Shown: positions 39,110 through 50,980 of the stretch, one piece after another | Layout: the number at the start of each line of letters is the position of its first letter | Numbering within the stretch: the stretch's first letter is position 1 | Origin: Vicugna vicugna | Taxonomy: Eukaryota | Direction of reading: 5' to 3' | Assembly: GCA_013265495.1 (NCBI GenBank) | Contig: MU063892.1 | Coordinates: 5,861,308 to 5,925,307 of the forward strand | Length of the DNA: 64,000 nucleotides | Program-made: the position numbers and the translations under genes | The notes under the pieces: model-generated | What the model was told of the DNA's origin: nothing | Seen by the model: the letters and a program-made list of their open reading frames with translations, nothing else | Databases searched by the model: none

Positions 39110-39405
39110 TTCATTCGCCTGCTCAGGCTGCCATAGCAAAACACCACGGATTGAGTTACTTAAACAANNNNNNNNNNNNNNNNNNNNNNNNNNNNNNNNN
39201 NNNNNNNNNNNNNNNNNNNNNNNNNNNNNNNNNNNNNNNNNNNNNNNNNNNNNNNNNNNNNNNNNNNNNNNNNNNNNNNNNNNNNNNNNNNNNNNNNNNN
39301 NNNNNNNNNNNAGAGAAGGAGCAAATCTCTGGTGTCTCTTCCTCTTCTTATAAGGACATCAGTCCTCTTGGATTAGGGCCCCACCCTTACAGCCTCACTT
39401 AACCC
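39110..39405 (-). mobile_element. MLT1B/C-type LTR, one N gap
   Basis: ggctgccatagcaaaacaccac...cctcttcttataaggacatcagtcctcttggattagggccccaccct. Confidence 0.85.
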
Positions 39406-39426
39406 TGTGGGTGCCATGCAAATGTC

Positions 39427-39454
39427 TCTATCTATCTATCTATCTATCTATCTA
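39427..39454. repeat. (TCTA)7 microsatellite
   Basis: Seen directly. Confidence 0.95.
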
Positions 39455-39539
39455 ATCTACCTGTCTATCCATGTACATCTATCCACATACACACATATGT
39501 ACACTAAAGTTAATACTATTAAAAATCATAATCAGCAAC

Positions 39540-39745
39540 TATAGAATCAAAGTCACAGAGGGATCTGGTGCTGCTAGTTTTGAGGATGCAGGAAGGTGCC
39601 ACGAGCCAAGGAAGGCAGGATGCCTCTAAGCCAGAAAAGACAAGGAATTAGATTCTCCCCTAGAACCTCCAGAAGGAACGTAGCCCTGCCAACACCTTGA
39701 TTTTAGCCTGAGGAGGCCCACATTGGATGTTTCACCTCCAGGACT
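39540..39745 (+). mobile_element. MLT1D-type LTR fragment
   Basis: cacgagccaaggaaggcagg...gattctcccctagaacctccagaaggaacgtagccctgccaacaccttgattttagcc. Confidence 0.85.
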
Positions 39746-40161
39746 GAGGCACTGATATGAGTGAGGCCTCACCTGACCCTAGGTTGGAGGACTGCCTTTT
39801 TATTCCCTCCTTGAGTCAGAGGGGCTCAGATCGCAACGTGAGGTTTAACTGCAAAGCCCTTTCATAGATGGAACAAGGCTAATATTACGAGGGCACAGAA
39901 CCAACAGACAAGCAGTAAGTGGGAGGCAAGTTCTACGCCCTGTGGTTTTGCCCTAGTAGGAAGACGTGGTAACACCTCTAGAACAAAAGGTTCATCTTTT
40001 CATCTACTTAAACTTCTCAGGAGCTCCCCAGTCCCCTGGTCTTTTTATTAGAGAACTGTTCTCACCTCCTTGGCTCTGCACCCATGTTTTCTACATAATA
40101 TTAAACAGTAAGCTTTGGGTCTCCCACAAGCCGGTATGCTCTGGACTCAAACCACATTTTT

Positions 40162-40164
<3 letters not shown>

Positions 40165-40211
<47 letters not shown>
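40165..40211. repeat. (AC)23 perfect microsatellite
   Basis: Seen directly. Confidence 0.97.
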
Positions 40212-40213
<2 letters not shown>

Positions 40214-40999
40214 ACCTAAATCTGTACTGGCTGACTTCTGGCAAAATAGAACAAATTTTAACTGTTAGAAAAAAAAAATCAAAATCTGATCAGCTGGACC
40301 CCTGCCCTTAGGGGCACCAGGTAACGCTCCGGTATCCAAGGAGTTGTTAGGCGGGGAAGAAAAGGGAGTGGGCATCAACAACAAAAACAAACAACTTGCA
40401 GTGGCAAAGGTTCCACTGTAACAACCAGGAGCCAGGTTGGAATGTGTAGAGAAGACCGAACTTTAGACAAAGAGCACATTGTACTTGCATCTCAGAGCTC
40501 CAGCCTCGCGCAGAGTAACCTGGGCTCCCGGATTTCCTAGTGTAGAAAAGTGTGAGCAACTCTGCATCATTTTAGACAGACTCTGATTTCAGCCCGTCTT
40601 CATGGGCCCCACATTTTACCGGGACACTTAATTCCAAGTTGTATGAACTGCCTCTTGAGTTGGTGAACGAGATGCGTTACCAACTATTCATCCTGCTGCT
40701 GATTTCCTTTACAAGATGACCTCAGAAAATCATTGCTGAGCAGTTTTAAATCTGCTACTCTCCCGTGATTCCTAGAGCCACTGCCCACTTTCCACAAGCT
40801 AGACTCCCCACATGCACAGCAATAATTAAAGGCTGCTGTCGCAGAGCAGATGTAGAAAGATGCCTCCATAAACTCAGAGATGACGTCATCTTTTCAGAAT
40901 TAAATAAAGAAATTCAATGTTTACTTAATAAAAGGCAAAAATATTTCCTGATCTGGCCCCTATTTCTCTTTCGAGCCACATCTCTTGTAACTTGCACAT

Positions 41000-42075
41000 A
41001 TATACACGCCATCTTCCAGCCAATCTGGCAACTTATTCTTTCCTGGATACAACACAGTTCGTGTGCTTCCTGACTCTTCACGGATGTTCCCCTGCCTTTA
41101 GTGCTTCTCTCAGCCCATCACTCACCTGCTTAACACCTACACCTCTCAGTCCTTGGCTCAGGCATATCACTTCCTCTTGGAAGCATCTGTTTACCACCCC
41201 TGCCTGGCTCCAAATTGGCTTCATTTTTCTTCCATGTTCTTTGACTCACTTCCTCCATCCCCCATAGAAAACATCTATTATAGAATTCAGAATAGTAGAT
41301 CCTCTATTATAGAATTCAAATTGAATTTCCTTCTCTGTCTCTCCCACAAGACTTGATGGACACAACACATCTCAGAGCACATGAACTCCTAGGGTACTGT
41401 CTAAGACTCAGCTCAGAGTGGAGGCTCAACGTACGCTTGCTAAAATAGTAGAAGAATGAGATGGGATGTGAGAAATACAATTGAGAAGACTTGAGAAGCT
41501 CCAAGCATGATCAAGAGGAATGTGACAGATCCTCCGAAATGGAATATAACCCAACCCACCTCAAACAGTACATACTGTGTAAGCAGATTTTCTTCCTCAA
41601 AAGCATAGATGTTTTCTTTTGTACTCTTCTAAAGTTTTTATGAGCTAGCTGCAATTTCACTTCTAATCTCAACTTACACTCCACCTCCTCTCTCTCAGAA
41701 AATGTTTCAGCCAAACTGGGTTTCTTTTAGTGTCTGGAAGTCGCCATCTTCTTACTGCCTTCCAGCCTATGTACCTATTCCCCATTCTTCCAAGTCTTTC
41801 AATGCTTCCCCCATCCCAAAGTCTTGGGCCTTAGCAACTTCTTTAGAGTTTCAGGTCTTCGCTCAGATAAGCCCTCCTACTGGACTAGAAGCCTTACCCA
41901 ACACTACAGACCAGAGTTAGATGTATCCTTCTCTGTCTTCCCATAGAACCACACATTTTCTTTTGTAATGTTATTTACCACACTGATTATAACAGTATAT
42001 TTATTTGTTTATCTTACGTGTTATGTTTATGTTTGTATCCTCAACATCTAACAGAGTACGTATCATATAACTGAA
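41000..42075 (+). mobile_element. Two L2 3' fragments (about 41000-41450 and 41590-42075)
   Basis: ctcaggcatatcacttcctcttggaagc; ttcaggtcttcgctcagataagccctcc...gtatcctcaacatctaacagag. Confidence 0.65.
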
Positions 42076-43056
42076 GGGTATGCAATATTTTCAGGAGGTT
42101 AAATGATAAAAATAGGGAGGAGGAGAGGAAGGAAATAGCAGGATGTTTTAATGGGATGCTGCCTGGTTTTCAGCTAGGTCCCCAAAACAATAGGTGTCAA
42201 AGTCTTGGCGATTTCAAAGTGCGATGCTTGTCCATCTATGCAGGATGGGTGAAGAAGGTGGCTTATAGTCTACCCTAAAGGAATAAAGGACTGAAGTTGG
42301 ACATTAGAGATGGATTGTCAGGGAAGCATACTTTGAGTCCTACCTCCAACTCCATCCCATGGCAGGACTTTTCCTCTTTTAACCTCAAGCTGAGTGAGTT
42401 TCAAGACCAAAGAGCCTACACATTTTCCCTGGAGTTTGGGGACACTCAGAGGGCTGGTGATTGATCAGATTGACAAGCCTGAGAATTCTAAAGAGGAGGA
42501 GGTTGGCGGAAGCAGCCTGTACAGCCTATTAGAGCAGACTGGGAAGTCACTGCACACTGACTCATGATGGGTCCAAGAGAGGGAGCAAGTGAGCCAGGCA
42601 GGGGTGGACTGAACAGGCTTTGACAGAGGTGTCAGGAGGGGTGATGAAAACTCAGCAGATTATGCAGAGGGTGGTGGTCTCCTAAGTGACCAGCTAGAGG
42701 AGATGGATTCATCCGTGTCATTCATGCAGGAGAGAAACCCCCAGAAAAGAGAGAGGGGGCAGAAAGGCCTCCAGCTACACGCAGAAGGTGCCCTAAGGGA
42801 GTCACTTTTAAACAACCCCTGAGGCCAGGAGACACTGATGCCAGCTCACAGCAATGCTAGTCTCAAAACCTTTTCCTGCCCAGCTCACTTCTCCATCCTT
42901 GACTCAGTTTTTCTCCTGAAGCTATCAGAAACAGAATCTTCTACAAATGAGAAGGAGAATTCAAAGTGTAAGGTGGAGAAAAAGAATGAAAACAACTGAT
43001 CACACACACTCACACCCCTCATCTGCTTCCTGAGCTAAAAAGGGGAGGAAACTTAG

Positions 43057-43945
43057 CCAAGAGGCACATGAGAAATGCTCAATAAGATTAATTATCAGAG
43101 AAATGCAAATTAAAACTACAATGAAGATCACCTCGCACCACTCAGAATGGCCGTCATTAAAAAGTCCACAAATGATAAATGTTGCAGAGGGTGTGGAGAA
43201 AAGGGAACCCTCCCACACTGTTAGTGGGAATGTAGTTTGGTGCCACCACTATAGAAGAGAGTATGAAGATTCCTTTAAAAACTAAAAATAGATTTACCAT
43301 ATGATTTAGCAATTCCACTGTTGGGCATATATCCAGAGGGAACTCCAATTCAANNNNNNNNNNNNNNNNNNNNNNNNNNNNNNNNNNNNNNNNNNNNNNN
43401 NNNNNNNNNNNNNNNNNNNNNNNNNNNNNNNNNNNNNNNNNNNNNNNNNNNNNNNNNNNNNNNNNNNNNNNNNNNNNNNNNNNNNNNNNNNNNNNNNNNN
43501 NNNNNNNNNNNNNNNNNNNNNNNNNNNNNNNNNNNNNNNNNNNNNNNNAAGTGAAGTAAACCAGAAAGAGAAAGAAAAACGACATATTATATCACTTATA
43601 TGTGGAATCTTAAAAAAAATGATACAAATAAACTTATTTACAAAACAGAAACAGACTCACAGTCATAGAAAACAAACTTGTGGTTACTAGGGAGGAAAGA
43701 TGAGGAGGTGGAGAGATAAACTGTGAGATCCAGATTTGCAGATACAAACTACTATATATAAAATAGATAAACAACAAGTTTATACTGTATAGCACAGGGA
43801 GCTATATTCAGTATCTTATAGTAACTTATAATGCAAAAGAATATGAAAAGGAACACATGTATGTATATGTTATGACTGAAACATTATGCTACATACCAGA
43901 AATTGATACAACATTGTAAACTGACTATACTTCAATTTTACAAAA
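43057..43945 (+). mobile_element. Lineage L1 (ORF2 C-terminus + 3'UTR), one N gap
   Basis: ORF 43103-43285 [12 protein letters not shown]...[14 protein letters not shown]; 3'UTR ending ccagaaattgatacaacattgtaaactgactatacttcaat. Confidence 0.92.
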
Positions 43946-43959
43946 AGGTTACAAAAAAA

Positions 43960-44150
43960 CCCAGATAAACAGCAAGGTCCTACTGTATAGCACAGGGAAC
44001 TACTTTCAATACCTTGTAATACCCTATAATGGAAAAGAGTATAAAAAGGAATATATATATATGTGTGTGTAAGTATAACTGAATCACTATGCTATACGTC
44101 AGAAATTAACACAACACTGTAAACCAACTATACTTAAATTTAAAAAAAAG
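43960..44150 (+). mobile_element. Second L1 3' end of a different subfamily, in tandem
   Basis: agataaacagcaaggtcctactgtatagcacagggaactac...cagaaattaacacaacactgtaaaccaactatact plus A tail. Confidence 0.85.
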
Positions 44151-45004
44151 AAGGGGCGAAGCAAATTTTAATGAAGTTGAGTATTCTGACGGAAGGAAAC
44201 TGGACATTTTGATGACTGAAACAAGACTGTATTGTTATCTGGAATGGACAGAAGACATATTTTCTTTAAGAGAGAGCAGATCAGCTGTTGGGTCGCCAGA
44301 GATTTTTCACCCCAAGGGTCAGGGATAGAAGAGTCCACGTGGGCTCTACAGGTGCAGCTATGAGAAAAAACATAGTCATTATCTGATTGTACGCCATCCA
44401 TTCTGCTCATGAAAGATGCTAGGAACAGAAGAAAAGAAGGGAGGGAGAAAAAGTGTTTCTGGATAGACATGGTCCCATCAGGATGAACACAGCAGGTTTT
44501 GGGTAGTTTTTGTCCCTGCCTTGGAGAAGGTCAACCAGGAAGTCATGTCTCTTTCACTTTAGCCAATAAGAACCTTGAGTTGGCCCACTGTCCACTCTGC
44601 GTCTTCGAACCACCCTCTCCTTAGCAGAGAGCTGGCTCCCGCTGTAAACATGTCTATGCACAGGGGAAAGAATCAGCTGACCAGCGGTACCGGGCACTCA
44701 AGCCCTTGGGTAATCATCACTCCTCTGAGTATAAATGAGTGAAGTGCTGTTAGGCCTTAGACGTTAGTCACCGGCAGACATGTTCGGCGTGAGTGCACTC
44801 AGTTGGTCACGGCTGGGGACCCCACAGAAATGGGGGTACCCTGATGAAATGGAACAGGCGTAGAGAAGCTGGGCCAAAATTCAGGACTCTCTTGTTTCAT
44901 CCCAGTGGGCATCTCTCTGAGTCCAATGTGTCCACTTCTCAGATTGCTCACCCTTTAAAATCTCCTAAAATTCTTTTACAATCTGATGGTTTAAAAAAAA
45001 AATC

Positions 45005-45200
45005 ACTGCCATTTTTAAGGTCCCTTACTTGCCAGGTGCTTTGCTTGTCATCTGTCATTTGAGCATTACAAGAAGCCTATAAATTAGATGTCAGTGTCTC
45101 TGTTTTACAGATAAGGCAGCCAAAGCTGAAAAGGGTCACGTAATTTCCCCACGAGCTCAGTGAGTGAAGGACAGAGCCAACAGTCAACCGCAAGCCCACT
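45005..45200 (-). mobile_element. MIR SINE
   Basis: ttacttgccaggtgctttgc...tctgttttacagataaggcagccaaagctgaaaaggg. Confidence 0.7.
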
Positions 45201-46472
45201 ACACCCTGCTGCTTTATGCCATGGACTGTCTCTTTGGCAAGAAGGAGAAAGAGATTTTCTGAATTATGAAAATTACGAAAATCTTTTTGTCTTAACTCTT
45301 TAGCTCTACAAAACCTATACCACCTAGTCCTAAGGAGTGGGCTCCCACCCTGCCCCACCCAGCTCAGCAACCTGTCAAAAGCCATTTCACATGTGAGTGG
45401 AAAGCCGTGAGAGCTCCAGCTGAGGTCAGGTCAGTTCCAACACGCCATGTTCACCGTTCAGCGGAGAGAAGCTGCTGGAATCAGCTGAGGCTGGCGCGTT
45501 GCCCTTACATAAGGCATTACAGATGCCCAAGATATCCTGGCCTGGTCTACTCGGACACAGAGCTTTCCAAAAGAGAGCCAATTTGCCCTATTCGACAAGC
45601 AGGGATGCGATTCCAAAAGCTCTTACCCTATCGAAAGTAGTTTGGACTCCAGTTTCCAAGAAGACTAGCGTCATACAGATCCCATGGGATATGATTACAC
45701 TTGATGAAATCCCCTGCCCTGAGACGGTCCTGGGGTCAGCAGGAAACTACCTACATGTTCCTGTATCTCAGTTAATTCTCCTAATGTTAATGGCTTCTCC
45801 TTTTATCCCAAATACCTATGAATCATATTGATTGTTGACTTAAACTTATTCCCCATAGATTCAGGCTGAGCAACTTATATTTTTTGGCAAATGATGTTTT
45901 CTGGAAGCATAAAAAGAAAAGTCTGTGTGAGGTCTCATCAGAAAAAGAAAAAAAAAAGGTACAATTACTTTCCAATTCACAGATTTTAGAGATAGAAAAG
46001 CTGTTTTTTTAATGACTCTTTAATAAGATACTCATGTTGGGGCTGGAGTAAACTTAATCTTCAATGCCCCTCAGAAGAAGATCAGAGATGTAGTATAATC
46101 TTCCTGTGGGGTAGTGTTTTTATAATCCAGAGTCATGGAAATATAAATCTATTTATATAATGTCTACTTGTTTGTAATTTATCACCCATGAAACCTAATA
46201 TCTACATCGAACAGAGCTGCTTCTAGGAGAAAAGACTCTTGAGACTAAGAATCTGTAAAAATAAAAACAAAACAAAACAAAAAAGCTGATTTGATGTTCT
46301 TAGGCACAGCCCCAAAATGGCAGTGTTCTTCATGTACTTCTTTGCATCCAGAATCTTCTCTCCCAACTCATCACCCATCAAGACATAGATTTGATCTCCC
46401 CACCTGTAGAATTCTTTCCTAAATAACTCCCCAACTGCAGAGTCCCTTCTGAGTATTTCTTAACAAAATAGT

Positions 46473-46491
46473 AAGAATATGAAAAGGAATC

Positions 46492-46524
<33 letters not shown>

Positions 46525-46605
46525 AACTGAAACACTATGCTGTACGCCAGAAATTAACAAAACATTGTAAACCGACTACACTTCAATTTAAAAATAATTA
46601 ATTAA
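46473..46605 (+). mobile_element. Short L1 3'-end insertion with 13-bp TSD and internal (TA)n
   Basis: TSD ttaacaaaatagt at 46460-46472 and 46606-46618; body gtataactgaaacactatgctgtacgccagaaattaac. Confidence 0.9.
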
Positions 46606-48514
46606 TTAACAAAATAGTTAATATATACTGGCATGTTCTATTTGTAAATAATTTCATACATCAGTGAATCTGTAAGCTTCCTGATAGCAGAGTAAAGGAA
46701 AAGTACTGAGCTACGGGTGAAGTTCTGCTTTTCTCAGTGGCTTCCCATGTGATGTTAAATGGATCACTTCCCTTCCCGACGATGCCATTTGTTCTCATTT
46801 ATAAAAAGATTATTTGCTCTTCAAGTCCTCATACAACTTGAATGTTCAATGGTTTTATGATAAACTATATCATCCTGGTCTTTTATCTCCAACTCTCCTT
46901 ACCCAAGGTGAAAGCATGGTTCGCCGGTCTGTAGCCACAGATGAAAACAGTGATACTGTTTCGGACTTTTTTTTTTTTTTACTACCAATGCCTAACAGTG
47001 TGTGAGACACAGAAAGAGCTCAGAAGATACTCCACTGAATGAATGAATGCATTCTTTATAAATGAATCGACATCTGTTAAGCACAATGATACTCCAGACC
47101 TACGTGTGCACTGGCCATTCAGTCCTCACAACACAACCAGAGCAGACGCAGTTATACCAATTTCACCAGGAAAGACACTGGCGGTTCAGAGAGAACTGGG
47201 GATTTGCTCAGGGTGCCACAGCTGGTGGCCGACTGACACCCATGTTGGTCTGGCTCCCACGCGTGTCCTTTCTTTCTGCCCCTACACCACAAGCTTCTAA
47301 GCCTGTCCGAGAAACAGCGCGCACGCCCATGCTGCTGTGTTCCATGCTACTATAAGGAAAGGGCTTATTTATGCCGATCTGAGGGGATGGCAACAGTACC
47401 CAGCCCCAATCTGAGGAACAAAGAATTCGGGGAGAGGCTGGGTTTCCCACCGAATCCTCCCTAGGCAAATCGGCAAGCAGAATGAAGTTGCAAAAGGAGC
47501 TGGGAAACAGCATGCGTGATGAGATGATGGTTCTTNNNNNNNNNNNNNNNNNNNNNNNNNNNNNNNNNNNNNNNNNNNNNNNNNNNNNNNNNNNNNNNNN
47601 NNNNNNNNNNNNNNNNNNNNNNNNNNNNNNNNNNNNNNNNNNNNNNNNNNNNNNNNNNNNNNNNNNNNNNNNNNNNNNNNNNNNNNNNNNNNNNNNNNNN
47701 NNNNNNNNNNNNNNNNNNNNNNNNNNNNNNNNNNNNNNNAGCAGGGAGGGAGCCGGAGGGGTGGGGTGGGGGTGCTGGGTCGATTCAGTGGAGCCATTTG
47801 ATGGTGAAAGTGCCTTTATCAAGGGAACAGAGAATAGCCCGGCGCCTCCTCAGCCATGCAGAGCACACAGAGTCCTGGGAAAGAAACTCCCATTTGGGTG
47901 AATGTGGCTGGAAGCAGATTCCTGAAACTGATGGGGATGTGTTGAACTCAGTAATTGCAGTAATAGCTCCCGTATACTGAGGACTCCAGGCATGGGGCTA
48001 AGAGATTTCAGTTGTATTTAGCCTCATACCCACTCTGTGGATAGAATTAATGACCCTATAAAGGCAAAAGTTAAATCTCAGAGGACAGAAAGACTTGCAG
48101 GTGTCACCCAGGTAGAATGCAGTTCATTACTTGAATCCCACTCTGACAACAAAGTCCACATTACACGGCCTCATCTTTCAGCGGCTGAGTAAAGGGACCT
48201 CTAGATCTGCAAGGCTAATTTGAAACAAAGCACACCCAGGATGAAGAAAGTGGAGAAGCATTTTCATGAGTTAAGATTTTACATGTGACGACTGTGAGCC
48301 TACTCCCTTTTAACCGTGAAACAGAAGGAGCCGTAGCCCTTGGTTACATGACTATAGACATCCCCATGAGTTACACCTTCTAGAACATCAGTGAGGAAGG
48401 CGGCACTTATTCCTGAGCATCATCCATGTATGTTGGCACCATCATCTCTAAGGAACCATCTCTTGAAAAACTCCGTGAGAAAAAAAAAAAAAAACTGGGA
48501 GGGAGGGCATGGGG

Positions 48515-48740
48515 CCATTAGTGGAAAAGCTAAGAGCTTGGGCTTTTGAATTAGACAATTCTAAGCTGTGCACCCTGGCTCTGACATATATTAATGTGGG
48601 CAAGTGGCTTAACCTTTCAGAATTGATTTACTCATCTGTAAAATGGGTCTAAGAAGCATTTGCCTTGTAGGGCTACAGTGAGGTCAGAGAATGTATTAAA
48701 ACAGTAGCTAAACAGAGTGATCACTGCAAAGCAACTCCTG
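48515..48740 (+). mobile_element. MIR SINE
   Basis: gggcaagtggcttaacctttcagaattgatttactcatctgtaaaatggg. Confidence 0.8.
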
Positions 48741-48919
48741 TGACTACTGATATGTTTCATGATTGTTGTTAACGTTACTCTTGTAGCTGCTATTTTTACT
48801 ATTTCTATCCCAGGAAAGATCAGCACATAAATAACACCAGCATGGATTGATTTATCAGACTAAGTGACAATTAATGACTTAATTTTGAGTCACAACAGTA
48901 ATCAAAACAAGGACACACA

Positions 48920-49150
48920 GTATTTGCTGGGTGAGCACTATGTGACAGGCAACCTTCTAAGTTCTCTCACATGCTTGACATTGTGTCATCCCCACAGAAA
49001 CCTCGTTTGATAGTAAACAAAATGTTATTCACTTAGGAAGTGAGGAAACTGAGGCACGGCGAAGTTAAGTAATGTCTTCCAAAGTCTCAGAGACAGTGAA
49101 AGTCTGAGCTTGGAAGAGTCAGGATTCATACTCAGAAACTCAGGCAAGTT
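48920..49150 (-). mobile_element. MIR SINE
   Basis: gagcactatgtgacaggc...gtgaggaaactgaggcacggcgaagttaagtaa. Confidence 0.8.
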
Positions 49151-49456
49151 TCCATGGGCACTTAAGAGTGGGAACTGTCTACATCACATACTTCCAAATT
49201 AGGTTCTGCAGATCCCCAGGGGCTGCCGAAGGTGCTGAGGAACAACCTCTGGGAGACCGGCTCCGTGGCCTTCATATCCATTTCAGCAGAGTTGCTCTTA
49301 CTCATTTCGTATGTAGAATTTTCATACAGGATCTCATTTAAATAAAGGATGCTGTGGCTGACAAGCATTAAATAACCCGGTTTGGAAAGAGTGTGCCTCC
49401 TCGGGTAGAAGTTCATGGGGTGCTGGCACATCTGGGGAACAGCCGCACTTAACACG

Positions 49457-49514
49457 ATGCTGGCTTTCACATCACGTGTACAAGGTCTGGCCCTGTTCCT
49501 GCTGGTCTTCACAG
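49457..49514 (+). CDS. Candidate signal-peptide (leader) exon of an unidentified secreted or membrane protein
   Basis: ATG with A at -3; 19 codons + 1 nt (MLAFTSRVQGLALFLLVFT-G); hydrophobic core LALFLLVFT; consensus donor CAG|GTGAGT in phase 1; lies in non-repeat sequence. Gene not recognised. Confidence 0.35.
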
Positions 49515-50699
49515 GTGAGTCTTCTCAACTGCGACAGAGTATAGGATAACTCAGGTATGACAGCCTTCACCCTCTCAGTGGGGCACTAAGTAGCTCAAGA
49601 GATTCAGCACTCTTTTCATGAACAGCAGCCCTGCAACTGACTTCCTGAGGGTCTATGTCTAATAAGGGAAAGGCAGTTTGGGTTCCACAGGTGCTTGGTT
49701 GGCAGGCTTCGCCGCTGTAGCCAGTTGATATGGGTTAGACTGAACCATCATTATAATCATAAACATCAATTATCCTCTTTTAACACACATAATTTAAAAG
49801 TACTTTTGGATACTTCTATGCTTCTTAACATTTTCCCCCAAAATACCCCCTTTTCTTTTTAAGAGGATAAGAGTGAATTCTGAGGCAGGAATGGCTTTAA
49901 AGGGATGGAAAGATATCCCTAATGTCATCATCTCAGAGGTTCTTTGCTGTCTCATTGTGCATCTTACAAAGTGAAAGTGGCTTCCACACGCATCTGACTG
50001 AGACTCAGCTTTTGGAAACCCAGTCTTTCTTCCTTTCATATTTAACAGTTTCCAGGCAGGCTTTAAAGATCACTATTTTATTCTATTCGTTATCGCATGA
50101 TGAATATTCTTTAGTGTTTGTTGTGTTGCTTTGTTTTAATTTTTACTAATTTTGTCTGTAAGCGTTACCATGAGCAAAACACAGTAAGTCTCAAATGACT
50201 AAATGACAAGGAAGCCCCCAGGTTGCTCATCAAGGTGGGGAGCCATGTCATTGCCAACTTATTGCCCTTTTTCAGGCAGTTTTGTCAAAGTTTTTCCATT
50301 GTGTCCCACATACGAATGAATTACTGAAGACCAACCTCACTCCGTGTGACATTGTCCCCTGAGTGCCATTAATGAATTCAGTGTTCAGTGCTTCAAGGGA
50401 TGTAAGCAGCACATCTTGATTACTTTATTCAGAGAAAGAAGAATTGAATTCCTTTCTCCGTGAGCCCTCAGGACAAAGGATACTCCGCCTGGATGATTCG
50501 CCCTAAGAGGGTCCCAAGAGGAGGCAGGGGCCAGAGGTCTTCTCTGAACTGTCCTAGCCCTCCCCAACTACAGACTCCCATAGTGTGGAACAAAGGGCCT
50601 CAGGTGCTGCTCATTTACTCATTAAATGGATGAATCATTATCTCCCCAAGTCAGCTCCTTCCACTCTGTATCTTTTCTCAGTAAGTGGCCCCACTCGGG

Positions 50700-50980
50700 T
50701 CCTAAGCTAGCCAAAAAAAATCTGTAATAGGTGGAGCCTCCTCGATCTCTTCTCCTTCGCCATCCAAATCCAACTGGTCATCTGGTCCACTCTCTTCCCC
50801 TTCTGTCCTAGGTCATCGCTTGACTGGATGATTGTTGCAGCATCAACGTTGCTTTCTCTGCCCACAGGCTTGCTCTTCCTGCCCATCCTCCAGGCTGCAG
50901 CTAGGAGACTTCCCAAGCGTTACTATGACAACTCATTCCCCTATGTCAGCACTTCAGTGACTCTCCATTACCCAGTGCAG
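50700..50980 (+). mobile_element. L2 fragment
   Basis: catcgcttgactggatgattgttgcagcatc...gcccatcctccaggctgcagctag. Confidence 0.6.

Noticed and set aside
42300-42950. Purine-rich stretch suggestive of an LTR or internal ERV fragment
   Set aside because: I could not match it to any family with confidence
49162-49512. 116-aa minus-strand ORF antisense to the leader exon
   Set aside because: GTG start, no recognisable homology and no convincing in-frame acceptor; ORFs of this length occur by chance in 64 kb
49457-49514. Naming the leader exon as CHRNA6 or CALCR from superficial N-terminal similarity
   Set aside because: Exon length and sequence differ, and no recognisable downstream exon of either gene is in the window
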